A stretch of 64,000 bases of DNA from Sulfurospirillaceae bacterium (lineage in GTDB: Bacteria; Campylobacterota; Campylobacteria; Campylobacterales; Sulfurospirillaceae), in assembly GCA_033723415.1 (NCBI GenBank), contig JAWVXD010000002.1:256001-320000 (forward strand). The letters are read 5' to 3'. Shown here in pieces: positions 19,953 to 29,418 of this stretch (the stretch's first letter is position 1; each line of letters opens with the position of its first letter). Position numbers and translations under genes: made by a program. Below the pieces are notes generated by a model. That model was not told where the DNA came from, made no database searches, and was given only the letters and a program-made list of their open reading frames with translations.

Positions 19953-21020
19953 ATGTTAAAAGATAAATTAAAACCATTTTTAGATAGATACAATGAAATC
20001 AGTACACTTTTAAGCGAACCTGATATTTCTAACGACATCAAAAAAATGACTTCACTTTCTAAAGAGCAGTCTTCTTTAGAACCGATCAAAGAAAAAGCTG
20101 AACAATATATCAGTACTTTAGATGCTATAGAAGACAATAAAGCATTGCTTGAAGATAGTGAATTAGCCGATCTTGCAAAAGAAGAGCTTAAAGAACTAGA
20201 AGTCCTTAAAGAACAATTGGAAGAAGATATCAAGATTGCACTTTTACCGGTTGATCCTAATGATGACAAAAATATATTTTTAGAAATCAGAGCAGGAACA
20301 GGCGGTGATGAGGCAGCAATATTTGTAGCAGATCTTTTTAAATCATATATGAGATACGCCGAAAACAAAGGCTGGAAAGTTGAAATTGTCAGCTCAAGCG
20401 AGGGCGTTCTAAATGGATATAAAGAGATAATAGCTCTTATAAAAGGTGAGAATGTCTATTCCAAACTAAAATTTGAAGGCGGCGTTCACAGGGTTCAAAG
20501 AGTTCCCCTTACAGAATCTCAAGGAAGAGTTCATACATCTGCAGTTACGGTTGCAGTTATGCCTGAAGTTGATGATGTAGAAGTCGAGATAAATCCAAAT
20601 GACCTAAAAATAGACGTCATGAGATCGTCAGGAAACGGTGGACAATCTGTCAATACTACAGATAGTGCTGTTAGAATCACTCACTTGCCGACAGGCCTAG
20701 TTGTTGTTAATCAAGATGGAAAATCACAGCATAAAAATAAAGATGCAGCTATGAAGATATTAAAAGCTAGACTTTATGACCTGCAAATGCAAGAACAAAA
20801 TAGTACAGAAAGTGAAAAAAGGAAGCTACAGGTAGGTTCAGGAGATAGAAGTGCCAGAATCAGAACTTACAATTATCCTCAAAACAGAATAACAGATCAC
20901 AGAATAGGGTTGACTCTATACAGACTCGATGCCATAATGGAAGGCGGACTATATGATGAGATCATAGATGTTCTAATGACCCATTATCAAGCAGAATCCA
21001 TCAAAGCTGCCGGATTATAA
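19953..21020 (+). CDS. prfA: Peptide chain release factor 1
   Basis: [12 protein letters not shown]-x-T (VPLTE) anticodon mimic, GGQ motif. Confidence 0.98.
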   Translation: MLKDKLKPFLDRYNEISTLLSEPDISNDIKKMTSLSKEQSSLEPIKEKAEQYISTLDAIEDNKALLEDSELADLAKEELKELEVLKEQLEEDIKIALLPVDPNDDKNIFLEIRAGTGGDEAAIFVADLFKSYMRYAENKGWKVEIVSSSEGVLNGYKEIIALIKGENVYSKLKFEGGVHRVQRVPLTESQGRVHTSAVTVAVMPEVDDVEVEINPNDLKIDVMRSSGNGGQSVNTTDSAVRITHLPTGLVVVNQDGKSQHKNKDAAMKILKARLYDLQMQEQNSTESEKRKLQVGSGDRSARIRTYNYPQNRITDHRIGLTLYRLDAIMEGGLYDEIIDVLMTHYQAESIKAAGL

Positions 21021-21724
21021 GAATCATAATATAACAAATTTGTCGTATTTATAAGATTGTCCAGCATTTCCACATATTTTTCTTTTAATTCAGAGTAATT
21101 TATCATTGTTTTTGAGGCATCTAGGCCATTAAAAATCTTATGTTTTTCTCTAAATTGTTCTCTTTTCTCCCTAAACGTTTTATAAGCCATGTTCCTATTT
21201 AGGTTTAAGATATATGCATTTACCGAACTTTGTAAAGTAGCAAAAATCCTGATCTTGTGTGTTTTACCCTCTTCTCTATCATTTGGGATCAACCCTTTAT
21301 CGCCATATGTCCAATGCCCAAATATATTATTTGCTTCTTTGATAAATCTGCTTTTCCCCCATCCGCTCTCAAGCGCTGCTTGTGCCAATGCTAAAGAAAC
21401 AGGGATTATATCAATTCTTTTTAGATATTTATTTTCGGCAAAAAAATCTTTGATCTTGTACTTTTGTGAAAGATAAATCAATTCTGCCAAACTTTCCGTG
21501 TCCAAACCTCTAAAGCTATTATTCAAAGCATTTCTAAAAAATCTTTTGGCAAAAATTCGTTCATTCATAACTATATGATTCCCTTTTTCTATTAAAGGAA
21601 GCAATATCTTTATAAACGCTTTTTTCTGATTTTCAATACCTTGTATCTTGTAGTATGAATCAGGGAAACCTACACTAAAAGACTTGATAACCAGAACCCC
21701 TATTATTAAAATCTTAATCCGCAT
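20987..21724 (-). CDS. Bax-like glucosaminidase-domain protein
   Basis: [36 protein letters not shown]. Start moved to MRIKIL. 3' end overlaps prfA by 34 bp. Confidence 0.85.
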   Translation of the reverse strand: MRIKILIIGVLVIKSFSVGFPDSYYKIQGIENQKKAFIKILLPLIEKGNHIVMNERIFAKRFFRNALNNSFRGLDTESLAELIYLSQKYKIKDFFAENKYLKRIDIIPVSLALAQAALESGWGKSRFIKEANNIFGHWTYGDKGLIPNDREEGKTHKIRIFATLQSSVNAYILNLNRNMAYKTFREKREQFREKHKIFNGLDASKTMINYSELKEKYVEMLDNLINTTNLLYYDSYNPAALMDSA

Positions 21725-22460
21725 CAATACTCGTATCAAAAACTTTTGATACCTTTCCTTTAAAGTACAGTTTGCCATTTTCAATTCTAAGTTCAAGTTC
21801 TTCTTTGCTTGTCGGATATACTTTTGTATAACTCGAAATTTCGCCGTTTTCATACGCACTGAAGAAGCAAGCTGCCATACCTGTACCGCAAGCTAATGTC
21901 TCATCCTCGACTCCACGTTCATATGTTCTGACAAATAAGCCATCATCTTTGATAGATGCAAAATTGACATTTGCATTATAAGCATATCTCATTTTAGCGG
22001 CCAATTCTTTATCAAATTCAGATATATCATCCACAAATGTAATAAGATGAGGGACCCCGGTATCATAAAAGTACCAGTTCCTGCCATCTTGCATAAATTT
22101 ATCTCCAAGTTTTTTTGGATCACTTAATAGAGTTTCCACCACATCTTCTTCAACATAAGAGCTTATAACTCCTGCTTGTGTTAAGAATGACATATCTCTG
22201 TTTGCCAAAGAATTCTTGTAGGCATAGTGTGCACAAGCCCTCGTTCCGTTGCCGCACATTGCAGCATCACTTCCGTCACTATTGTAAAATTGCCATTTAA
22301 AATCATATTCGCTACTAGGTAAAAGCACGATAAGACCATCTGCACCGATCCCGCTTTGTCTATTACATAATCTTTTTGCAAGCTCACTTCTGTCAACTTC
22401 TCTAAAAGTATGAAATATTATAAAATCATTGCCGCTTGCATTATATTTAGATATTTGCAT
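21714..22460 (-). CDS. dapF: Diaminopimelate epimerase
   Basis: GNDF, GIGADG, MCGNG, GVPH, ERGVEDETLACGTG. Confidence 0.97.
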   Translation of the reverse strand: MQISKYNASGNDFIIFHTFREVDRSELAKRLCNRQSGIGADGLIVLLPSSEYDFKWQFYNSDGSDAAMCGNGTRACAHYAYKNSLANRDMSFLTQAGVISSYVEEDVVETLLSDPKKLGDKFMQDGRNWYFYDTGVPHLITFVDDISEFDKELAAKMRYAYNANVNFASIKDDGLFVRTYERGVEDETLACGTGMAACFFSAYENGEISSYTKVYPTSKEELELRIENGKLYFKGKVSKVFDTSIDAD

Positions 22461-23016
22461 CTAAAAACTCCATAAATCTTTTTGTTTCGTGTTTAAGGTG
22501 TTCCAAGTCTTGAGAATTGTCTATGACAAAATCAGCCATTGCTTTTTTATTTTTTATGTCAATTTGGTTTTCAATTCTTAAAATCGCCTCTTCTCTACTC
22601 AAATCATCTCTCTTTATTAATCTTTCTATTTGTAATTCTCTAGGACAATACACGACTGCAACTGTTGTAGCATCATAATGCCCGCTTTCAAAATATAAAG
22701 GTATATCAACTACATATTTGATTTGAGCCTGTTCTAGCTTTTTTACATCATGATGTATTTTTTCTCTAATTAGCGGATGGATATACTGATTAAGTTTTTC
22801 TCTTTGTGCTTTATCACTGAAAATCAATTTAGCTAGTGCTTTTCTGTCAACTTCATTATTTTGTATATATTTTGCACCAAAAAGCTTCTCAATACTCTTA
22901 GGATTGATCAATTCTCTAGCGATTTTATCGGCATCCACTATAGTATAACCATTTTCTTTCAGTAATTTACAAACTGTTGATTTTCCAGAAGCAATTGAAC
23001 CAGTTATCACAATCAT
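22447..23016 (-). CDS. coaE: Dephospho-CoA kinase
   Basis: ITGSIASGKST, DAD.IAR, HPLI, DIPLYFE. Confidence 0.95.
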   Translation of the reverse strand: MIVITGSIASGKSTVCKLLKENGYTIVDADKIARELINPKSIEKLFGAKYIQNNEVDRKALAKLIFSDKAQREKLNQYIHPLIREKIHHDVKKLEQAQIKYVVDIPLYFESGHYDATTVAVVYCPRELQIERLIKRDDLSREEAILRIENQIDIKNKKAMADFVIDNSQDLEHLKHETKRFMEFLDANI

Positions 23017-23098
23017 TACATCACCTTTATAGTCATTTTAACATATATTTGCTAAAATAATTAATTACTCCACCAATTAAACTATAAAGAGGAACAAC

Positions 23099-24094
23099 AT
23101 GGGTACCGTAAGCTATAAAGATGCAGGGGTTGACATAGATGCCGGAGCAGAGTTTGTAGAAAATATAAAGCCGCTGGTAAAATCAACTTTCAATAACAAT
23201 GTTTTGGGAGGAATCGGCTCATTTGCAGGAGCTTACGAACTGCCAACAGGATATAAAAAACCAGTACTTTTAGGTGCGACTGATGGAGTCGGAACAAAAC
23301 TAAAACTGGCAATAGACTCTGGGAAATTCGATACTGTGGGTATAGATTTGGTTGCGATGTGTGTCAATGATCTGATCTGCAATTTTGGTACTCCTCTATT
23401 TTTCTTAGATTATTATGCGACAAGTAAACTAAATATTGATGAATCTACCGCTGTAGTTAGCGGGATCGCAAAAGGATGTATAGAGGCAGAATCATCACTG
23501 ATAGGCGGAGAAACCGCAGAGATGCCCGGTATGTATGCGCCTAAAGATTTCGATCTTGCCGGATTTGCTGTAGGTATTGCGGAAAAAGACGAACTAAATA
23601 GGCTAACTCACGTAAAAAGCGGTGATGTTCTAGTAGCACTTCCAAGTTCAGGAATTCATTCTAACGGTTTTTCTCTGGTAAGAAAACTCTTTTTTGAAAA
23701 ACTTGATTATAAATTTGATACTTTAGTAGAAGGGAAACCCCTAATAGACATACTTTTAGAGCCGACTCGAATATATGTAAAAATATTTAAAAAACTAAAA
23801 TCCAAAATAAATGCACTTGCACATATAACAGGCGGAGGCATAGTAGAAAATCTACCAAGAGTCTTACCGTCCAATTTACAAGCTGTAGTCTATAAAGAGA
23901 AGATCAAAGTCTTACCGATTTTCGAACTTATGAGCAAACACGTAGAAGAGGTTGAAATGTTTAGAACTTTCAATATGGGAGTAGGTATGATTTTAGTGGT
24001 CGATCCTAGTCATGTTGATTTTGTCTTGGAAAACAGCGACGGGTATGTGATAGGTGAATTAAAAGAAGGCAATCAGGAAGCTATAATAATCTGA
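23099..24094 (+). CDS. purM: Phosphoribosylformylglycinamidine cyclo-ligase (AIR synthetase)
   Basis: YKDAGVDI, DGVGTKL, GGETAEMPG, HSNGFS, HITGGG, TFNMGVG. Confidence 0.98.
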   Translation: MGTVSYKDAGVDIDAGAEFVENIKPLVKSTFNNNVLGGIGSFAGAYELPTGYKKPVLLGATDGVGTKLKLAIDSGKFDTVGIDLVAMCVNDLICNFGTPLFFLDYYATSKLNIDESTAVVSGIAKGCIEAESSLIGGETAEMPGMYAPKDFDLAGFAVGIAEKDELNRLTHVKSGDVLVALPSSGIHSNGFSLVRKLFFEKLDYKFDTLVEGKPLIDILLEPTRIYVKIFKKLKSKINALAHITGGGIVENLPRVLPSNLQAVVYKEKIKVLPIFELMSKHVEEVEMFRTFNMGVGMILVVDPSHVDFVLENSDGYVIGELKEGNQEAIII

Positions 24095-24096
24095 GG

Positions 24097-24885
24097 TTGA
24101 TTTTGTATACTGTTTCAAAACTGTTTACTTATATATTTTTGCCTCCTGGTATTTTTATAATTGCTTTGTTGCTGGCAGCATTGTATGCAAAAAGATTTAG
24201 ATCAGTATTTGTATCTGTTGCTTTGTTCTTTTATCTGTTTAGTAATTCTTTTGTTTCTGACGCACTTATGAAACCTTTAGAATCACAATATACCAATGAT
24301 TTACAGATAACAAAAAATGCAGATGCCATAGTTGTTTTATCGGGAGGCAGCATAAGCGGTAGTAAAAATTTACCACTTGGAAGTGATTCATTAAAAAGGG
24401 TCACATGGGGAGTGTTTTTAGCAAAATCACAAAATCTTCCGCTTGTTTTCAGCGGAGGAGGGCTAAATAAACAATATAGCGAATCAAAAGCTTTTCTTGA
24501 GAGTATTAAAGAATTTCAAGATTATCTAAATATACACATTCCGATATCAAAATATCTGCAACTGCATCATTTTAGTGTATGCGTAGAGAATAAAAGTTTA
24601 AACACCTACCAGAATGCTCAATTTTCCAAAAAAATCTTTGAACAAGCAAATATACAAAATCCTATTATATATCTAGTTACTTCAGCATACCATATGAAGA
24701 GAGCAGAGATGATATTTAATCACTTTGGGTTTAGAGTTATACCTGCAGCAACCGACTTTAAAATCGGGGATAATCCAAAAACTATCTGGGATTATTTTCC
24801 AAATATGCAGGCATTCAAAAACAGCTATACTGCGATCCACGAATATTTTGGTATTTTGAGTCTAATTTTAAGAAAAGTTTTATAA
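24097..24885 (+). CDS. YdcF/ElyC (DUF218) family membrane protein
   Basis: N-terminal TM helices, AIVVLSGG, FSGG, SLNTYQNA, LVTSAYHMKRA. Confidence 0.85.
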   Translation: MILYTVSKLFTYIFLPPGIFIIALLLAALYAKRFRSVFVSVALFFYLFSNSFVSDALMKPLESQYTNDLQITKNADAIVVLSGGSISGSKNLPLGSDSLKRVTWGVFLAKSQNLPLVFSGGGLNKQYSESKAFLESIKEFQDYLNIHIPISKYLQLHHFSVCVENKSLNTYQNAQFSKKIFEQANIQNPIIYLVTSAYHMKRAEMIFNHFGFRVIPAATDFKIGDNPKTIWDYFPNMQAFKNSYTAIHEYFGILSLILRKVL

Positions 24886-24894
24886 GGAGAATCC

Positions 24895-25143
24895 ATGCCT
24901 GAGATCAAAAAACAAAAAAGAGTTATCATTTTCACTGCACCTGGATGCAGCTGGTGTACAACTGCAAAACAATATCTAAAAAGAAACAACATAAAATTCA
25001 AAACAATAGATGTCAGTAAAGATAAAGATGCTGCAAGAGATTGTCAAAAACACGGATGTCATGGCGTGCCTGTACTACTAATCGGCAGTAAATGGATATG
25101 TGGTTTTGACAAACCAAAAATAAATAAAGAATTAAATCTTTAA
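24895..25143 (+). CDS. Glutaredoxin/NrdH-like redoxin
   Basis: CSWC active site, GVP cis-Pro, GFD; AGGAG SD. Confidence 0.85.
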   Translation: MPEIKKQKRVIIFTAPGCSWCTTAKQYLKRNNIKFKTIDVSKDKDAARDCQKHGCHGVPVLLIGSKWICGFDKPKINKELNL

Positions 25144-25153
25144 CGATACGATC

Positions 25154-26485
25154 TTACATCTCTGATAATACTTGCATTGCCACTTTTTTTGAATTAGCAA
25201 CACAATCATTTAATCCAACACCGAAATATGCATTTGAGCTCAAATACAGACCGTTGTGTTGCTTCAATCTATCAAAAAGGATATCCATCCTATCCAAGTG
25301 TCCTAATCTATAATTGGGAATACCTTTTACCCATCTTTTAACATATACGACATCCGGAGTGTCTGATACACCCATAGTCTCTTCTACGCCTTTTAAAGCG
25401 ATCTTGGCAAGTTCTTTATCACTTGTCAATGCTAGTTTTGGATTTCTTTGTCCTCCTATCATGACCCTTAAAGATTTTTTTCCACGAGGAGCTCTGTCAC
25501 TAAATATAGAACTGTCCCATAAGACACCTAGAACCTCTTTTTTTGACGAACTAGTTGTGAGGAGACCAAAACCATTCAGATCATGTTTCATCTCATTATA
25601 GCCCAATCCGACAACGCTTATAGGTGAATATTCGATATCTTTGAGCATATTAGACAACTCTTGATCGATACCCTTTATTAGATTAGCACTATTATATGCA
25701 GGGGTGGAGAGGATAACTTTGTCGAACTCTTTCTTCTCTCCGTTTATCTGCAATAGATATTTTATTTCATTTTTTTCTATTGTTTCTACTTTGATTCCTG
25801 TAAATATTTGTATGTCCTGAGAACCGGCTAATTTGTCTATAAATGTGCTAACACCGCCGACAAAGCTCATCAAAACACCGCCCGGACCTGCTTCTTTTTT
25901 CTTTTTCGCAAGCATACCTCGAAATAATCCTCCATACTCTTGCTCTAATTTTACAACAGCGGGGAAGGCTGATCTTACGGATATTTTATCCGGCTTGGAA
26001 GCAAATATTCCTGCAACCATAGCATCCAAGAATGTATCTGTCATCTCTTTGCCTACTCTTCTGTACCCAAAGTCCTGAAGTGTCTCATCGCTATTATCTT
26101 TTTTTGCAGGTATTAAGATCTCAGCAGCGACTCTAAGTTTGCCAAAGATACTCAAAAGCGGTGTCTTCAAAAATGCACCCGGAGATTCGGGGAGCCTGCA
26201 AAGCATATTTTTGTAAATAAATCTTATCCTTGCATTGTCACTGCTTCTCATAAGAAGTTCTTCACATCCTGATTCTTTTACGAGTTCCAAGGTGCTAGGC
26301 TTATTTGACAAAAATCCGTTGCTTCCTTCTTCAAACAAAAAACCATCAACATCTTTTGTCATCATTTTACCGCCGAGCTTCTCTTCTTTTTCAAAAATTG
26401 AAATCTCGATTTGAGGATTTTGTCGTTTTATATAAAATGCCGTGGCTAACCCACTTATACCGCCGCCAACAATCGCAATTTTCAT
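25154..26485 (-). CDS. hemY: HemY-family FAD-dependent proto/coproporphyrinogen oxidase
   Basis: IAIVGGGISGL, E..LGG, GIFAS, IPNYRLGH, GVGLNDCV. Start placed at MKIAIV. Confidence 0.85.
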   Translation of the reverse strand: MKIAIVGGGISGLATAFYIKRQNPQIEISIFEKEEKLGGKMMTKDVDGFLFEEGSNGFLSNKPSTLELVKESGCEELLMRSSDNARIRFIYKNMLCRLPESPGAFLKTPLLSIFGKLRVAAEILIPAKKDNSDETLQDFGYRRVGKEMTDTFLDAMVAGIFASKPDKISVRSAFPAVVKLEQEYGGLFRGMLAKKKKEAGPGGVLMSFVGGVSTFIDKLAGSQDIQIFTGIKVETIEKNEIKYLLQINGEKKEFDKVILSTPAYNSANLIKGIDQELSNMLKDIEYSPISVVGLGYNEMKHDLNGFGLLTTSSSKKEVLGVLWDSSIFSDRAPRGKKSLRVMIGGQRNPKLALTSDKELAKIALKGVEETMGVSDTPDVVYVKRWVKGIPNYRLGHLDRMDILFDRLKQHNGLYLSSNAYFGVGLNDCVANSKKVAMQVLSEM

Positions 26486-26486
26486 T

Positions 26487-27683
26487 TTATTTCCTTTTAA
26501 TTTTTGCAAGCCACTCTTGTAATGTTTTTTCAAACCCTATCTCTGAACCGTCATAAAACCTAAGATTTTTCTCTAGATACTCTTGCTCTACCCATCCACC
26601 GAAGTCATGCGGATATTTGTAGTTTTTTGAGCCTAGTTTGGTCAAGTGTTGAGGGGTATTTAATCTTTTTTCATTTTTGACGTAAGCCAATGCTTTATCA
26701 ATCGCCTTATATGAACTGTTTGCCTTTGGGCAAGATGCCAAGTATACGGCTGTTTGTGCCAGTATTATCCTAGCCTCAGGAAAACCTATCTTACTAACAC
26801 TACTCAAACAACTGCTGGCTAGATTTAGTGCATTAGGATTTGCATTTCCTATATCTTCACTAGCCAATATGACTAATCTTCTGGCGATAAAATCTGCGCT
26901 TTCGCCTCCGTCGATCAACCTTGCAAGATAATAAATAGCAGCATCTACATCACTACCTCTAATACTTTTTATCATGGCACTAATAAGATCATAATGCGTG
27001 CCGCTGGCACTAACACCGTCTTTTAATGCGTTTGGTCTCAAGCTTTTAAGAGTCTCCAATTTTATGTTATCATCGATCTTAAGTGTAAACTCTAACAGAT
27101 TTAACATCGATCTAACATCACCTGCAGATGAATTTAGGAGATAATCTTTGGCTTCTTTATCTATTTTAAATGATATCTTTTTTGCTAATTTATCCAAGAT
27201 CTCTTCCATATCTTTTTCTTCTAACAAGAAAAATTCAAATAAGGAAGAACGTGATCTAATCCCGCTCGTCAATGTAAAATACGGATTTTCTGTTGAAGCC
27301 CCTATAATTATGACTTCTTGATTTTCCATAGGCAAGAGTAGGGCTTCTTGCTGGGTTTTTGAAAGCCTATGTACCTCATCTATAAATATCAACGGCTTGA
27401 GAAGTGAATTTTTGTGATTTGCTAAAATTTTTCTAACATCTTCTAACTTAAAATTAGTGGCATCCAGCTCAAAAAAAGGAAGATCCATGCTTTTTGCGAC
27501 TATTTTGGCCAAAGTTGTTTTTCCAACTCCGGCAGGTCCGAAAAATATTGAATGAGAGATACTTTGCTTTTCTAAAAGTACACGAAACGGTGCATTTGGT
27601 GAGCATAGATGTTTTTGACCACACATCTCATCTATAGAAGACGGTCGAAACTTTAGCGAAAAGTTATTTATCACTCTTTTCAC
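26487..27683 (-). CDS. rarA: Replication-associated recombination protein A (AAA+)
   Basis: GPAGVGKTT, FIDEVHR, GASTENP, SAMIKSIRGSD, ASEDIGNA, YKYPHD. Confidence 0.95.
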   Translation of the reverse strand: MKRVINNFSLKFRPSSIDEMCGQKHLCSPNAPFRVLLEKQSISHSIFFGPAGVGKTTLAKIVAKSMDLPFFELDATNFKLEDVRKILANHKNSLLKPLIFIDEVHRLSKTQQEALLLPMENQEVIIIGASTENPYFTLTSGIRSRSSLFEFFLLEEKDMEEILDKLAKKISFKIDKEAKDYLLNSSAGDVRSMLNLLEFTLKIDDNIKLETLKSLRPNALKDGVSASGTHYDLISAMIKSIRGSDVDAAIYYLARLIDGGESADFIARRLVILASEDIGNANPNALNLASSCLSSVSKIGFPEARIILAQTAVYLASCPKANSSYKAIDKALAYVKNEKRLNTPQHLTKLGSKNYKYPHDFGGWVEQEYLEKNLRFYDGSEIGFEKTLQEWLAKIKRK

Positions 27684-28449
27684 TTTTTGAATATGCTAGA
27701 TAGTCTCTAAGTGCGTCATATTCGCTTGTGCTCAGAAATCTGTGTTTACCAGGTTTTAACATGTCAAGGTCAATCTTTCCGTAACTGACTCTTTTTAGAC
27801 CAACCACTTCAGCATCAAAATATCCAAAGAATCTACGCAACTCTCGATTTTTGCCTTCATTTATAACAACTTTGATAGTAGAATAGGTTGGGGTATTTTT
27901 TATAATCCTATACCCGACAAAAGGTGCAAATTCCATAGAATGGACCTTGCTCATTTCATGTCCGCCTTTACTTGCATCTTCCAAAAACAAGCCTTCTTTC
28001 ATAGCTGTTTGCATATGTTCTGTCACAGGTCCTTTGATCTTTACGTAGTAAATTCTCTCCAAATCTCCATGCATAAGTGCAGATACGATATCCGGAGCAT
28101 CACTTAATAAAAGTAAACCCTCACTTGTATAATCCAATCTTCCGACACTCATAAAATGTGAAAATCTCGGGGGTAGGGTGTCATATATCGTTTTTCTGCC
28201 TCTATCATCTTTTTTACTAACTAACTCACCTTTTTGTTTGTGATACACAATGACCGAGTATTTTGTCTTCTGATAAAGACTTCTACCTTTGATCTTTATT
28301 TTATTATCATACGTTACTTTAGTCGATAAATCCTTCACCACTACGCCATCAACACTAACTTCTCCATTTTCTATAAGCTTGTCAGCCTCACGTCTTGAAT
28401 GTCTAGTATTGTGAGATATCATTTTATTTAATCTTATAGGTTTCATCAT
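27664..28449 (-). CDS. rluB: RsuA/RluB-family rRNA pseudouridine synthase with S4 domain
   Basis: SRREAD, GRLDYTSEGLLL, EGKNRELRR. Confidence 0.85.
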   Translation of the reverse strand: MMKPIRLNKMISHNTRHSRREADKLIENGEVSVDGVVVKDLSTKVTYDNKIKIKGRSLYQKTKYSVIVYHKQKGELVSKKDDRGRKTIYDTLPPRFSHFMSVGRLDYTSEGLLLLSDAPDIVSALMHGDLERIYYVKIKGPVTEHMQTAMKEGLFLEDASKGGHEMSKVHSMEFAPFVGYRIIKNTPTYSTIKVVINEGKNRELRRFFGYFDAEVVGLKRVSYGKIDLDMLKPGKHRFLSTSEYDALRDYLAYSKSEKSDK

Positions 28450-29408
28450 TTTATACCCGCTTCTATGAGATCATGTATGTGAAGAGTGCCGATGACACGA
28501 TGATCTGCATCTACTATCGCAAGCAGTTGTATCTTGTAGGATTCTATAAGATTTAGTACATCGCTAGCCAACAAATTCTCTCCTTCTAGAGTTTTGGGAT
28601 CTTTCGTCGCATAAGCAAGAGCAAGTTCGTCAATCGAAAAATCTTCACGCATTAAAGCACGTCTGAGGTCTCCATCACTTAATATAGCCATCAGTCTGTT
28701 ATTGTCATCTGTTATCATGACATTACCCAGTCTTCCTTCGCTCATGACAACAATAGCCTCCTTCAGATTTGTATCTTTGCCAACTATCGGAAGTTTATCT
28801 GTTCTCATAAGATCTTTTACTTTTATAAAAAGTTTTTTGCCTAGGCTGCCTCCTGGATGAAATGATGCAAAATCTTCTTTTTTAAAGTCTTTTTTTCTCA
28901 TCAAACAAACAGAAAGCGCGTCCCCCATAGCAAGAGTCAGGGTCGTAGATGTCGTAGGAGCCGCATCAAGAGGACAAGCTTCTTTTGACACATTAATAGA
29001 TAAAAATATATCTCCATACTTTCCAAGGGATGAATTCTTGCTTCTTGCCATAGCGATCAAAGGTATATCAAATCTTTTGATGTGTGGGAGTATCTTTATC
29101 AACTCTTCGCTTTCACCGCTGTAACTTATTGCAAGAACGGCATCATTCTTATCTATCATACCAAGATCACCATGCAGGGCTTCTGTCGGATGAATAAAAA
29201 AACTGCTCGTGCCTGTACTTGCCAAAGTCGCTGCTATTTTTGCGCCGATTAATCCGCTTTTCCCGACTCCTATAACAACCAGCTTGCCTTTTATATTGCT
29301 AATAAGTTCAACTGCTTTCACCATCTCATCATCTACCCGTTCGATAGCATCAAGCAGCTCTTTTGCTTCGAGTCTCAACACATCTTTTGCAATTTCTTTA
29401 AAATCCAT
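28446..29408 (-). CDS. kdsD: Arabinose-5-phosphate isomerase (KdsD/KpsF; SIS plus CBS domains)
   Basis: GVGKSG, HPTEALHGDLG, PTTSTT, FHPGGSLG, DGDLRR. Confidence 0.93.
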   Translation of the reverse strand: MDFKEIAKDVLRLEAKELLDAIERVDDEMVKAVELISNIKGKLVVIGVGKSGLIGAKIAATLASTGTSSFFIHPTEALHGDLGMIDKNDAVLAISYSGESEELIKILPHIKRFDIPLIAMARSKNSSLGKYGDIFLSINVSKEACPLDAAPTTSTTLTLAMGDALSVCLMRKKDFKKEDFASFHPGGSLGKKLFIKVKDLMRTDKLPIVGKDTNLKEAIVVMSEGRLGNVMITDDNNRLMAILSDGDLRRALMREDFSIDELALAYATKDPKTLEGENLLASDVLNLIESYKIQLLAIVDADHRVIGTLHIHDLIEAGIK

Positions 29409-29418
29409 CTTGTACACC

